Assembly (NCBI GenBank): GCA_016290135.1
Contig: JAEESW010000006.1
Location: 27,670 to 91,669 of the forward strand
Direction: 5' to 3'
Source: a bacterium
GTDB taxonomy: Bacteria > UBP6 > UBA1177
Length of the DNA stretch: 64,000 nucleotides
Both the position numbers and the translations under genes were made by a program. The notes under the pieces were generated by a model. It had not been told where the DNA came from, did no database searches, and saw nothing but the letters and a program-made list of their open reading frames with translations. Below are positions 24,415 through 33,480 of this stretch, piece after piece (within the stretch, counting starts at the first letter, position 1; every line of letters starts with the position of its first letter).

Positions 24415-25041
24415 CTAATTTAACTGCTTCATAAAATCTTCGGCTTCCTTATCAAGTTCTTTCTTTTTCTTATCTTTCATGTTTGATGGATTATTAGAAG
24501 GATCTTTTGCAAGCTTATCATCCAGATCTTTTTTGTCTTTATCCATTTGTTTCTTCAGATCTTCGATTTCTTCTTTTGTCATCGGTTTGTCAGCAGGCTC
24601 TTTTACTGGTTCAGGTTTCGGTTCACTCTTGATATCAGGCTTGCTGTTTTGACCTGCATTGTTTGTATTCTTACCTGATGCTTTTGGAGCAGGTTTAACT
24701 GTTTTTTTCGGTTCTGTTTTTGGTTCAACAGCAGGTTTTTCCGACTCGACAGGCACTTGTTTCACATCTTCAGGCGCAGGCTTGGCGGCAACTTCCTTAA
24801 CCGATTCTGATGTCGCTTTACTTTTAATGTCCACTTTTGATTTTGTTGCCGGTGCAAGTTCATCCAATGCATCAGCATCGTTCTTTTCATCAACAACCAC
24901 GTGCTCTGATTCCGGCTCACCACCTACACAGGCTTTAAAAAATCCAAACAATGTTGTTCCTGTTATAGCGCAGATATACATTATCATCTGCAGAGAATCC
25001 TTGATTTTTGAAATAAAAGATGTTCCCGATTCCGAACTCAT
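24415..25041 (-). CDS. membrane-anchored Lys/Pro/Glu-rich low-complexity protein
   Basis: It has an N-terminal hydrophobic segment MIMYICAITGTTLFGFFKACVGG. The rest is about 180 aa of K/P/E/D-rich sequence. Confidence 0.5.
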   Translation of the reverse strand: MSSESGTSFISKIKDSLQMIMYICAITGTTLFGFFKACVGGEPESEHVVVDEKNDADALDELAPATKSKVDIKSKATSESVKEVAAKPAPEDVKQVPVESEKPAVEPKTEPKKTVKPAPKASGKNTNNAGQNSKPDIKSEPKPEPVKEPADKPMTKEEIEDLKKQMDKDKKDLDDKLAKDPSNNPSNMKDKKKKELDKEAEDFMKQLN

Positions 25042-25133
25042 TTTAAATTCCTCCCGTAATTATTGATTAAGTAATTGATTTGATATCGGTTAAAAAAATT
25101 TGATTGAATAATTTGCCTCACTCTCAATTTCCC

Positions 25134-26432
25134 CTAATTTGCGGTTCTTACACAACGGACATAAAAGGAATTTTCGTTATCAGATTTGGTGACACTCCCA
25201 TCCGTGAAACTTACTAAATATGAGTTGTAACCGTTCCAAGTAGAAGAAGACCAATATCTGCCTTCAACAAAATTGCCTATCGAATTTTTATTATTATAAA
25301 CAGTTAGCAATTCATCTTTTGTCGGAAGATGCCAATCGGTAAATTCTGCCAGTGTGTAGTTGTTGCACATATCAATTGCATCATACCAGTTCACTTTTCC
25401 TGCATCTTTTTTTGCCACAACAAGGCCTCCCGATAATGTAACATACTCATCAATTTTAAGAGTTGAAAAACTCTTGGTCTCACCGTAAACCGTTTTGGTA
25501 TCGTTTTTTGCATAAGCACGATAATAATAAGTTCGTGATTCTCCTAAATCTGAAACCGCATTACCGAAACTTCCGAGCTGAACAGAAGAATTGCTCACTG
25601 TCATTGCATCATTGTCAAATGAAGGGGTAGCCATTCCGCCATAGACAAAACCAGTTTCCGTATATTCTTCATCGTTGACAATAAGTTCGCCGTTGAGTGT
25701 GGCGGAAGTTGTCTTAATCCTTGTCGCATCAAGTGTAACGACATCAGAATTGGTAGCCTTTATTCTAAGCTGTTTGTTGCCGTTATTGGAAGTTATGTGA
25801 AGCTGCGTAATGTTTTCCCCTTCACGCAGCAAGCTACGGTCTATTACGACTATGATTCCAAGCGTTTTGCCAGCTTTAAGTTCACCCGATTCTTCACTTA
25901 TTGATTTTATCCAGTCAGCAGTCTTAGTAATCTTCCAATCAAGGGAATCAAGACTATCATTGAAAATATTGAATGAACGGGAAACATCATCAAGCCTTGC
26001 ACCAAAATCAAGTTCAGGATCTGGAATATCGTTTCCTTCATCATCTACTATCCGTAATGCAGCTGAAGCCTTTTCAAGCTGGACATCTCCACGAGCCGAT
26101 TTACCTGATTCAACAACAATCGTGCTGCTTTTGGTTTCACCGTAACCGGTTTTTGTCACAAATAGATTATAATACCCAGCAGAGATATCCAAAAACTCAA
26201 AAGAACCATCCGAGCCTGTGACAGTCTTCAGACCAACCGGAAAAAGCTCGACTCCGGCACTTTTAAGCGGCTCACCTGTAGCCTTGTCTGTTACAATGCC
26301 ATAAATCGAACCGGTTCCACCGCCGGATTCGCCGGAATCATTTGAACCGTCAGGCGAACCGCCGCCGCAGGCAACGAAAAGCAAACTAAAAAAGAACGAA
26401 GCAAAAACCATTAAAATAATCGAATTTTTCAT
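25134..26432 (-). CDS. lipoprotein with a CarboxypepD_reg-like domain, an Ig-like region and a C-terminal Fib_succ_major domain
   Basis: LLFVACGG is a lipobox. It contains IYGIVTDKATGEPLKSAGVELFP and ...TDWHLPTKDELLTVYNN...FYVRCVR. Confidence 0.7.
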   Translation of the reverse strand: MKNSIILMVFASFFFSLLFVACGGGSPDGSNDSGESGGGTGSIYGIVTDKATGEPLKSAGVELFPVGLKTVTGSDGSFEFLDISAGYYNLFVTKTGYGETKSSTIVVESGKSARGDVQLEKASAALRIVDDEGNDIPDPELDFGARLDDVSRSFNIFNDSLDSLDWKITKTADWIKSISEESGELKAGKTLGIIVVIDRSLLREGENITQLHITSNNGNKQLRIKATNSDVVTLDATRIKTTSATLNGELIVNDEEYTETGFVYGGMATPSFDNDAMTVSNSSVQLGSFGNAVSDLGESRTYYYRAYAKNDTKTVYGETKSFSTLKIDEYVTLSGGLVVAKKDAGKVNWYDAIDMCNNYTLAEFTDWHLPTKDELLTVYNNKNSIGNFVEGRYWSSSTWNGYNSYLVSFTDGSVTKSDNENSFYVRCVRTAN

Positions 26433-26570
26433 TTAACGCCTATCCTAAAAACAACAAGCCTTAAATAAAAAACTTCCGCCGCCTTTGACAGCGGCGGAAA
26501 AACCAAGAAATGGGAAATAATTCATTTTTTCCAACATAAAAAAACTGATAATTGCAGTTTTCTTCTACTT

Positions 26571-26918
26571 TTACTCAGTTTCTTTTTTGTCATCATCATT
26601 TTTTTTCAAGTCTATAGTGACATAAATAAAATCTCCGGCAACTGTTGTTACATCAACATGATTGGTTTGGTAACCCGCTTTTTTAGCGTAAACAGAATAA
26701 CTTCGAACTTTTATATTTTGAAGTTCAAAATTACCGTTGGAATCCGTATTAGTAGTTGTACTGTTCGGAGTTGTGAAGACATATACATCACTAAGCGGTT
26801 CACGAGAATCTAAATCCTTAACCATCCCTGCAATACTTGATAAATGGTCAGAATTAACTGCAGGCTCGCATGCAACAAAAAAAGATAAGATTGTAAGACA
26901 AAAAATAAGTTTTTTCAT
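26571..26918 (-). CDS. small lipoprotein with a carboxypeptidase-regulatory-like domain
   Basis: FFVACEP is a lipobox. It contains IAGMVKDLDSREPLSDVYVF...SNGNFELQNIKVRSYSVYAKKAGY. Confidence 0.6.
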   Translation of the reverse strand: MKKLIFCLTILSFFVACEPAVNSDHLSSIAGMVKDLDSREPLSDVYVFTTPNSTTTNTDSNGNFELQNIKVRSYSVYAKKAGYQTNHVDVTTVAGDFIYVTIDLKKNDDDKKETE

Positions 26919-26929
26919 AGTCGAAACCT

Positions 26930-27787
26930 CTAAAAATTAAGATTCATAGCTAAACCGACTGAATTGAATGTGGCTGTTGGAGCAAAAACAATTTTTCTAC
27001 CGTTTCCGTCAAACAAAGCAGATTTCCCGGGCGCCACTATACCATCAATAATGTTTGCGATATACAATGCCGCCGCAGCTCCTACGAAAGCCCAGCCTGC
27101 ATAACCGGCAGAATTCGCCCGCCTTTCAAAAGCATCTCTTTTGTCTAACTTTAGTGATTTGTCATTACTTCTACTTTTGTAATAGGAACTCATGCCAAAA
27201 GATGCAGCAAGTCCGCCAATAAAAAGAATCTCGCCGGCAATAAACAAAGCTCCTTTCACATTCTGATCTTTGTAAATCTGTGCCATCCCCGGAACAAAAA
27301 CCCTGCCAGAAAAAGGATACTGATCAGAATCATACACCTCGTCATACTCTATTTTTGCAGGTTTTTTAGAGATTTGAACTAAGAGATACACAACATATTC
27401 ATATGTAGGTCCTTCGCGCGGTATATCTATCACTCTTCTTATTATTACTTTACGCAAAGGAGGGTTCCAAGCCACATGTCTGTTTACAGTTTCATTACAA
27501 GTCAGTTTGTCGCCTCCATAAAGACATTCCTTGCTATTATGCTCGACTGCAGCTTGCTCTCTCTTATTATAGGCATTCTTTTCTGCAGCTTGAATATCCC
27601 AACCACAACCTTCGACCTTGGTTATAAATGATTTGGATTCAGGTGGGTCCCAAATAAATCCTTTAGTCCATTCAGGAAGAATCCCTCCTTCTTCACAGCC
27701 TTCTATACATTCAAATTCAACTGCAGAAAGACTCGCCGTAAAACAGAAAAAACAAAGAAGAAGTAATACTTCTAAGTAAAATTTCAT
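26930..27787 (-). CDS. secreted protein with a C-terminal Gly/Ala-rich hydrophobic (glycine-zipper-like) region
   Basis: Signal peptide MKFYLEVLLLLCFFCFTASLSA. The C-terminus reads GALFIAGEILFIGGLAASFG...GYAGWAFVGAAAALYIANI. Confidence 0.5.
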   Translation of the reverse strand: MKFYLEVLLLLCFFCFTASLSAVEFECIEGCEEGGILPEWTKGFIWDPPESKSFITKVEGCGWDIQAAEKNAYNKREQAAVEHNSKECLYGGDKLTCNETVNRHVAWNPPLRKVIIRRVIDIPREGPTYEYVVYLLVQISKKPAKIEYDEVYDSDQYPFSGRVFVPGMAQIYKDQNVKGALFIAGEILFIGGLAASFGMSSYYKSRSNDKSLKLDKRDAFERRANSAGYAGWAFVGAAAALYIANIIDGIVAPGKSALFDGNGRKIVFAPTATFNSVGLAMNLNF

Positions 27788-27790
27788 ATT

Positions 27791-28462
27791 CTACTCTTTA
27801 ACCGGCTCTACATGTTCTTCATTATATTGTGCTTGTTTTTCCGCACTTTCTGTTTGATAGTCTTGCAATTTTTTATCAATTAATTTATTAAATTGATCTT
27901 CTTGGAAATCTAATTTTCTTTTTTCTTCTTCAGTAAGCATATTGGGAGTTGCTTTCTTTAATTCACTTGCAATTTTCTGTCTGGAAATTTTAATACCTAC
28001 ATATACACGGTATCTTCCATTATCATCTTCGAATTCGTCTGTTTGCTGACAATTTTCTTTTGTATCGTCCAAGATTTTCTTTATTATATGATCATATCCA
28101 TCTTGTAATTTGGCTGCAATATCCGTTCCTCGAACCGAAGTATAATTATTTTCATATTCTCGAGCCAATCCTTGAACAGCATGCTGTGCTTTTTGAGCAC
28201 ATTTACTTTGTGCCTGTATAAGAGCTTGTCTCAAAGCCTGCCCTTCCGTAGATTCGGTTGCTTGAACAATTCCGTTGCAAGCAAAAAAATCGGTATCAGC
28301 ATCAGGTGTAAAACAAACTGTACCTATGGTTGCTCCACGTACACGTTTTTTCTCTTTAGCAGGCTGCCCATCTGCTGATCCAGAAGAAGCCATTTGCTGC
28401 GACGCACACGCCATAATAAAAGCAACCAAAACCATCATTGATACAAACAAGAATTTTTTCAT
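27791..28462 (-). CDS. lipoprotein of the second paralogous family
   Basis: FIMACAS is a lipobox. It contains CFTPDADTDFFACNGIVQATESTEGQALRQALIQAQSKC...RYRVYVGIKISRQKIASELKK. Confidence 0.65.
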   Translation of the reverse strand: MKKFLFVSMMVLVAFIMACASQQMASSGSADGQPAKEKKRVRGATIGTVCFTPDADTDFFACNGIVQATESTEGQALRQALIQAQSKCAQKAQHAVQGLAREYENNYTSVRGTDIAAKLQDGYDHIIKKILDDTKENCQQTDEFEDDNGRYRVYVGIKISRQKIASELKKATPNMLTEEEKRKLDFQEDQFNKLIDKKLQDYQTESAEKQAQYNEEHVEPVKE

Positions 28463-28500
28463 TTTTCTCTCCTTTAAAAAAAAATAATAATAAAAAGTCC

Positions 28501-29025
28501 TTATTGGACAACCTTATCTTCATCTGTTTTATCAGTTTGTTCTGTGTTATCAGTTTCAGATGTTTCTTTCTCACTTTCTTTATTTTCTTCCAAATCCTTG
28601 CGGTCTACACATACAAGAACATAAACTGAAAATCTGCCATTTTTATCGACATACTGATCTTGACGCACACCTTTCTCTTTTGTTGCAGGAAGAGAACAAC
28701 TGAAACTATTTCCTGTAGCTATTAGTCTACAAAGCTGCGATCGCGCATTCATTGTTGCCATTATGACAGCATCTCCTTCTGTATATGGAGTTGTTTTAAC
28801 TATGCCTACCGCACATATTTCCTCATCAGAAGATTCGCTTTTGATCCACTCTGTGATCCAGTCGGATTCATTGTTACCTTCATTTGGTTCGCCGGATTCA
28901 CTTGCTTTTGCTTCTTCAGATTTAGAAACAGCATCACCGTCACTTTTCTTATCAGCGCTGCCACACGCCGCAACCATCAAAACTACTGCAAAAATCAAAA
29001 TTGTTGAGCAAACAAATTTTTTCAT
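28501..29025 (-). CDS. lipoprotein of the second paralogous family (short form)
   Basis: VLMVAACGS is a lipobox. It contains EEICAVGIVKTTPYTEGDAVIMATMNARSQLC...GRFSVYVLVCVDRKDLEE. Confidence 0.6.
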   Translation of the reverse strand: MKKFVCSTILIFAVVLMVAACGSADKKSDGDAVSKSEEAKASESGEPNEGNNESDWITEWIKSESSDEEICAVGIVKTTPYTEGDAVIMATMNARSQLCRLIATGNSFSCSLPATKEKGVRQDQYVDKNGRFSVYVLVCVDRKDLEENKESEKETSETDNTEQTDKTDEDKVVQ

Positions 29026-29106
29026 ATCAGCACCTAATAAAAATCATCAAATAGTTTCAAGACATTGATTTGAGAAAGTTGTAATTTAAGATTTAAATCT
29101 TTTTAA

Positions 29107-29409
29107 TTACTCACACTTCAATTCGAATCTATAGGTACCAGGGTTCGGAAGATTACGAAGAACTCTTTCTGCTGTTTTCCTGGCACTGCAACTCAAAGGA
29201 ACAGCATCAACCATCTGACCAGAGACATAATCATAAACCTCTACAGTAGCTCTTCCCGATGAATTTCCGCATATAATTGAAACTCTAACAATGTTCTCGC
29301 CGCCTGTCGATATAGCTCTCTGAGTTGAACTTCCAAGCAATCGTGGACATTCGGCAAAAATCATTGACAAACTGAAAAACACCAAAACAAAAACCAAAAA
29401 CTTTTTCAT
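29107..29409 (-). CDS. small secreted protein
   Basis: Signal peptide MKKFLVFVLVFFSLSMIFA. It is about 100 aa and contains three Cys. Confidence 0.45.
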   Translation of the reverse strand: MKKFLVFVLVFFSLSMIFAECPRLLGSSTQRAISTGGENIVRVSIICGNSSGRATVEVYDYVSGQMVDAVPLSCSARKTAERVLRNLPNPGTYRFELKCE

Positions 29410-29705
29410 CTTTCCCTCCATGGAAAAATTAATTAATAAACCGACCATAACTTTTGCTATAGTCATCTAAAAATTCAACAAGCCAAAATGTTGGGCATAC
29501 CCAACAATAAAAACATCGCTTTAAACCAAAAATGTCGGATAAAGTCAACAAAAAAAACGGGCATTTTTCAAAATATTTGCGAATCACCTTAAAATACTAT
29601 GAATTGTAGAAATAAAAGATCCGCCAACCTAAAAAAGCAGGCGGATAACTTCGCTATCGCTGTGCGAAACTATGGTGAATCATGACAGTAAACCGGCTAT
29701 TCCTT

Positions 29706-31025
29706 TTATTCTTCAGATTCTTTTTTATACTCTTTCAACTTTTCTTCCATTCTTTTTATGAATTCATGTTCATCGAATTCAATTCTCTCTTTCTCATCAA
29801 AGCTGACTTCATTCTTTTTATTTTCACCAAGGATCTTTTCAATTTCACCAAGCATTTTTTCGGCAACTTCTCTCCTTGAAATTTGTATTCCGGCATAAGC
29901 TTCAATCATTCCGTCTGCCATGATCCCGGAATATTTCACACATTTAGCCTGAGCATTGTTAGTTACTGTTTCAATAACGCTGATACCTGCATGGCGGATC
30001 TTGTCTATAATCTTAACCTCCTTCTTGTTGTCAGCTCTCACAAAACCAAAATCTCTTAACATCCATGCTATTCCAATCCATCTATAAGCAGATCTTACTT
30101 TCCACTGCACAAGTTGCTTAGCATCGTAAAGCGCAGATTCCTGAAGTTTTCCTTTCTCATCCATATTTCCTTTAGCAATTCCTGTGGCTGTAAAATAGTC
30201 ATCGTCATCATACATCTGACACGGAAGTTCCCATGACTCGCCTAAAGCTTGACGGGACTCCGACATACATGCCGAAAGAACTTTCTGCTCATTTTTGGTG
30301 TCTCTCGGATTTTCTTTCCGCACTTTGTCTAAATTTTCTTTTTCAACTTGTTTTTCTTCTTTAAACTTTTCAAATTTTTCTTTAACTGCCTTATTAAATG
30401 CTTCTTCGACAAAAGCAATTGATTCTTTTTTTTCAGTCTCTTTTGATTCCATATATTTCTGCATTTTTTCTTCGTATTCAGCTGCTTTAAAATCAATTTG
30501 AGCTTTTTCTTCTTCACTAAGTTCTTCACTCAGGTTTTTTATGTATTCTTGTGGAATTTGTTCTCTTTTTTCAATTGTAAACACCAGTTCATTTACCATT
30601 TTTTCCGCCAGTTCTCTTTTGGAAATTTTTATTCCGACATATACTTCTATTTTTCCCTCTTCCATGGCACCGGAATACTTTACACATTTGGCTTGTGCAT
30701 TATTAACTACTGTGTCGATAATCCCGTTACCATCCACCTGTTCCAAATCCCAATATTCATGCTTTACATTTTGGCGACAGATATCCTGAGCATTGGCAAG
30801 TGCCGTTTTCTGAAGTTCTATTTTCTGTTCCATACTTCCTTTAGCAATTCCAACAGCTGCAAAATACTCATCGTCATCATACATCTGACATGGAAGTTCC
30901 CAAGATTCGTTGAAGAGAACCGCCTGCCCTATAGGTTTGCTTCCGGCAGATTTCTGCTGTTCCGATGCACATGCCGTAACAAAGAAAACAAAAAACATCA
31001 TTAATATAAACATAAGTTTTTTCAT
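29706..31025 (-). CDS. second-family lipoprotein with an internal duplication of the family domain
   Basis: FFVTACAS is a lipobox. The first copy reads ESWELPCQMYDDDEYFAAVGIAKGSMEQK...AQAKCVKYSGAMEEGKIEVYVGIKISKRELAEKM. The second reads ESWELPCQMYDDDDYFTATGIAKGNMDEK...NNAQAKCVKYSGIMADGMIEAYAGIQISRREVAEKM. Confidence 0.65.
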   Translation of the reverse strand: MKKLMFILMMFFVFFVTACASEQQKSAGSKPIGQAVLFNESWELPCQMYDDDEYFAAVGIAKGSMEQKIELQKTALANAQDICRQNVKHEYWDLEQVDGNGIIDTVVNNAQAKCVKYSGAMEEGKIEVYVGIKISKRELAEKMVNELVFTIEKREQIPQEYIKNLSEELSEEEKAQIDFKAAEYEEKMQKYMESKETEKKESIAFVEEAFNKAVKEKFEKFKEEKQVEKENLDKVRKENPRDTKNEQKVLSACMSESRQALGESWELPCQMYDDDDYFTATGIAKGNMDEKGKLQESALYDAKQLVQWKVRSAYRWIGIAWMLRDFGFVRADNKKEVKIIDKIRHAGISVIETVTNNAQAKCVKYSGIMADGMIEAYAGIQISRREVAEKMLGEIEKILGENKKNEVSFDEKERIEFDEHEFIKRMEEKLKEYKKESEE

Positions 31026-31223
31026 TCTTTCCTCCTTAAAACCATTTTATCTCACACAACTAACATTATAATCATAATCTCCAGCCAACTCTTTTTTCGC
31101 GGAATTATCCATTGAACATATCGATTGAAAATAGACACTATTTTCGCCGTTTTCATCTCTTTTTAACTGTTGAAATAATTGAGTTTTTCATTTTTTATTT
31201 TTCCTATTCCAACTTATTTTTCC

Positions 31224-31976
31224 TTAATTTGCAATCCTTACACAACGGACAGATAAATTTTCTTTCTTATGTTCACTGAAATAGCTACCATTTGAGAAAA
31301 TTATTTTCCATGCATAGAATGTATCATGGGCCATAGAGGACCAAAACTTTCCAGTGTCTCCGAACTTGCTTGAACCATTTCCGATAAGACTCTTAAGCAA
31401 ATTCAAACTTGGAAGTTGCCAATCAGAGAAACCACCTTGATTAAGATTCCTACAATAGTCGATAGCTGCCATCCAAGTCATATCCATAGGGGCCTGCTGA
31501 GACCACATATAACCTGTCGTCGAGTCTATGCAAGGGAATTTCCTAGGTGTATTATCGCAACTTCCTTTCTTTTCTGCTTCGGCTTTTTCGCGTTCGGCGC
31601 GTTCCTGCTCGGCTTTTATTTTGGTTTCAATTTCGCGTATAGCTACTTTTGCCTCAAATGCACATACTCCATGCGGATAGCTTTCAAGATAGATTTTCCA
31701 GACATCGGGACTGTTTTTTTGTCTTGCCATTGCACATGCATTAACATCCTGAGGATTGTTCTTTTCCATCTCACTGGGTGTTTCCTGTTTGTTCGTTTTC
31801 ATAAAAGATTCAGCTTCAACAGCGCATGATCCATCGGGATAAATTTCTAAATAGTTTTTCCATACATCAACTGTACCGACTTTTCTTGCAAATTTGCATG
31901 CCATTTCATCTGAACTTTCTGCAAAAAGCAGTGACGAAACAAAAATCAATGTGAAAGCACTAAATAACTTTTTCAT
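31224..31976 (-). CDS. secreted Fib_succ_major-domain protein with two tandem N-terminal two-Cys motifs
   Basis: It contains EMACKFARKVGTVDVWKNYLEIYPDGSCAVEAESF and DVNACAMARQKNSPDVWKIYLESYPHGVCAFEAKVA. The C-terminus reads SDWQLPSLNLLKSLI...LSVRCVR. Confidence 0.7.
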   Translation of the reverse strand: MKKLFSAFTLIFVSSLLFAESSDEMACKFARKVGTVDVWKNYLEIYPDGSCAVEAESFMKTNKQETPSEMEKNNPQDVNACAMARQKNSPDVWKIYLESYPHGVCAFEAKVAIREIETKIKAEQERAEREKAEAEKKGSCDNTPRKFPCIDSTTGYMWSQQAPMDMTWMAAIDYCRNLNQGGFSDWQLPSLNLLKSLIGNGSSKFGDTGKFWSSMAHDTFYAWKIIFSNGSYFSEHKKENLSVRCVRIAN

Positions 31977-31979
31977 TTT

Positions 31980-32867
31980 TTATTCCTCCGTTTTTTCAGG
32001 CACTTTTTTTTCGTCGTTTTCTTTCTCTTGTTCTTTTTTATAATCTTCTAACTTTTTTTCTAACATCCTTAGAAATTCATCTTCCCTCCAAAGGAGTTGG
32101 TTTTTCTCTTCGTCAGTCAGAGTGTTAGGATCTTCCTTTTTTTCTTCGGGTGCTTTTTTATCATTGCATTCCATTTCCTTTTTTTCTTCGGGTCGTTCTT
32201 CCAAGATGAAAAATTTCATAAAATCTTCTCTTTTCACCCCATATTTTTCTTCAATTTTTTTAATTAATTCCTCTCCTTTTTCTTCCTGCTGTTTCCAAAT
32301 CCAGTGATTCAAGATTATGGATAATTCTTCAATAAAATTCTTGTTCTTATCATTATTTATATTATAATTCAGATCATTAAGAACTTGTTCGATTTCTCTC
32401 AAAAATTTTAGATATTTATCCAACTCTTCCAAGTTTATGGAATAAAGTTCAGAAATATAAACAAAGTATTCCTTTCTAACTTTTCCGCCTTTAATATCAA
32501 CAACAGACGGCAGTTCAGCTATTTTGGTAAAAACTTCTTCCATTAAACTTCTCGCTTTTTTAAAAGCTTCATCTATCCTGGGATCCGATAATGATTCAGT
32601 AAAGTCATTGTTTAAGATTCCATTGAAGATTACCTCTATTTCAGGATTAGATTCTATTAAATTGATAAGATATTCAAGATCTTTCTCTGACACTTGTTTA
32701 TCTTTTTCGGAAAGTTCAACACTCTTATCAGCAGTCGTCTGTTCCTGCGTTACCAGTTCACTTTTCTCAACGACAGCACCTTCATTTTTTGCCGGAACAC
32801 TTCCGCACGCAACCGTCACCACAGCGACAGCCAAAACCAAAATGGTTAAAATAATTGAGTTTTTCAT
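31980..32867 (-). CDS. Glu/Lys-rich lipoprotein, hypothetical
   Basis: The probable start is MKNSIILTILVLAVAVVTVACGS, which has a lipobox. The remainder is highly charged with E/K repeats. Confidence 0.5.
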   Translation of the reverse strand: MKNSIILTILVLAVAVVTVACGSVPAKNEGAVVEKSELVTQEQTTADKSVELSEKDKQVSEKDLEYLINLIESNPEIEVIFNGILNNDFTESLSDPRIDEAFKKARSLMEEVFTKIAELPSVVDIKGGKVRKEYFVYISELYSINLEELDKYLKFLREIEQVLNDLNYNINNDKNKNFIEELSIILNHWIWKQQEEKGEELIKKIEEKYGVKREDFMKFFILEERPEEKKEMECNDKKAPEEKKEDPNTLTDEEKNQLLWREDEFLRMLEKKLEDYKKEQEKENDEKKVPEKTEE

Positions 32868-32915
32868 TTTATCCTCCTTAAACTTCAGATTCATCAAAAA
32901 CATATTGAAGTATTC

Positions 32916-33446
32916 TTAATTTTCCCTGACACAAACGACGCTTGTGTAATAACCTTTCTGTATAGCAAGAAGGCTGCCATATTCGTCGAATCCCACACCC
33001 CAAAGGAATCCCCTATCATCAGAAACTGGCGATTTTGAAATAATAGTTGTTACATATTCACTCGGAAAATAAAGTTTGGAATGTTCCTGCGGATTATTTC
33101 CTTCACAAGCATGACAGTATTTTCTCTTATAATCTCTGATATATGAAAGATTGCTGTTGGCTTCCGACACTCTGCATTCGCCACCAAGTTCTGTTCCGAG
33201 GCAATTTTTAACAATGCTTCTGAGTTCATCAATTGTCGGCAGTCTCCAGCCACCGTGTCCTCCGTATTGCTTACTGTTTAATTCGGAACAATACTGAGAA
33301 GCCTTACCTGCATCGTATTCTCTTTCACTTATCGGAGACCATTGAAGCCTTGCGATTTTTTCAAGTGTAACCTGCGACAGCGGAACTGCAGCACAGCCAC
33401 ATAAAACAGCGAACGATAAAACAAATAGAAAAGAATAAATCTTTTT
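32916..33446 (-). CDS. lipoprotein with a Fib_succ_major-like domain
   Basis: The start is MKKIYSFLFVLSFAVLCGCAA. It contains GGWRLPTIDELRSIVKNC...ECRVSE...VVCVREN. Confidence 0.7.
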   Translation of the reverse strand, partial: KKIYSFLFVLSFAVLCGCAAVPLSQVTLEKIARLQWSPISEREYDAGKASQYCSELNSKQYGGHGGWRLPTIDELRSIVKNCLGTELGGECRVSEANSNLSYIRDYKRKYCHACEGNNPQEHSKLYFPSEYVTTIISKSPVSDDRGFLWGVGFDEYGSLLAIQKGYYTSVVCVREN

Positions 33447-33480
33447 CATTGCATTTTCCACTCTATAAACACTATAACTT

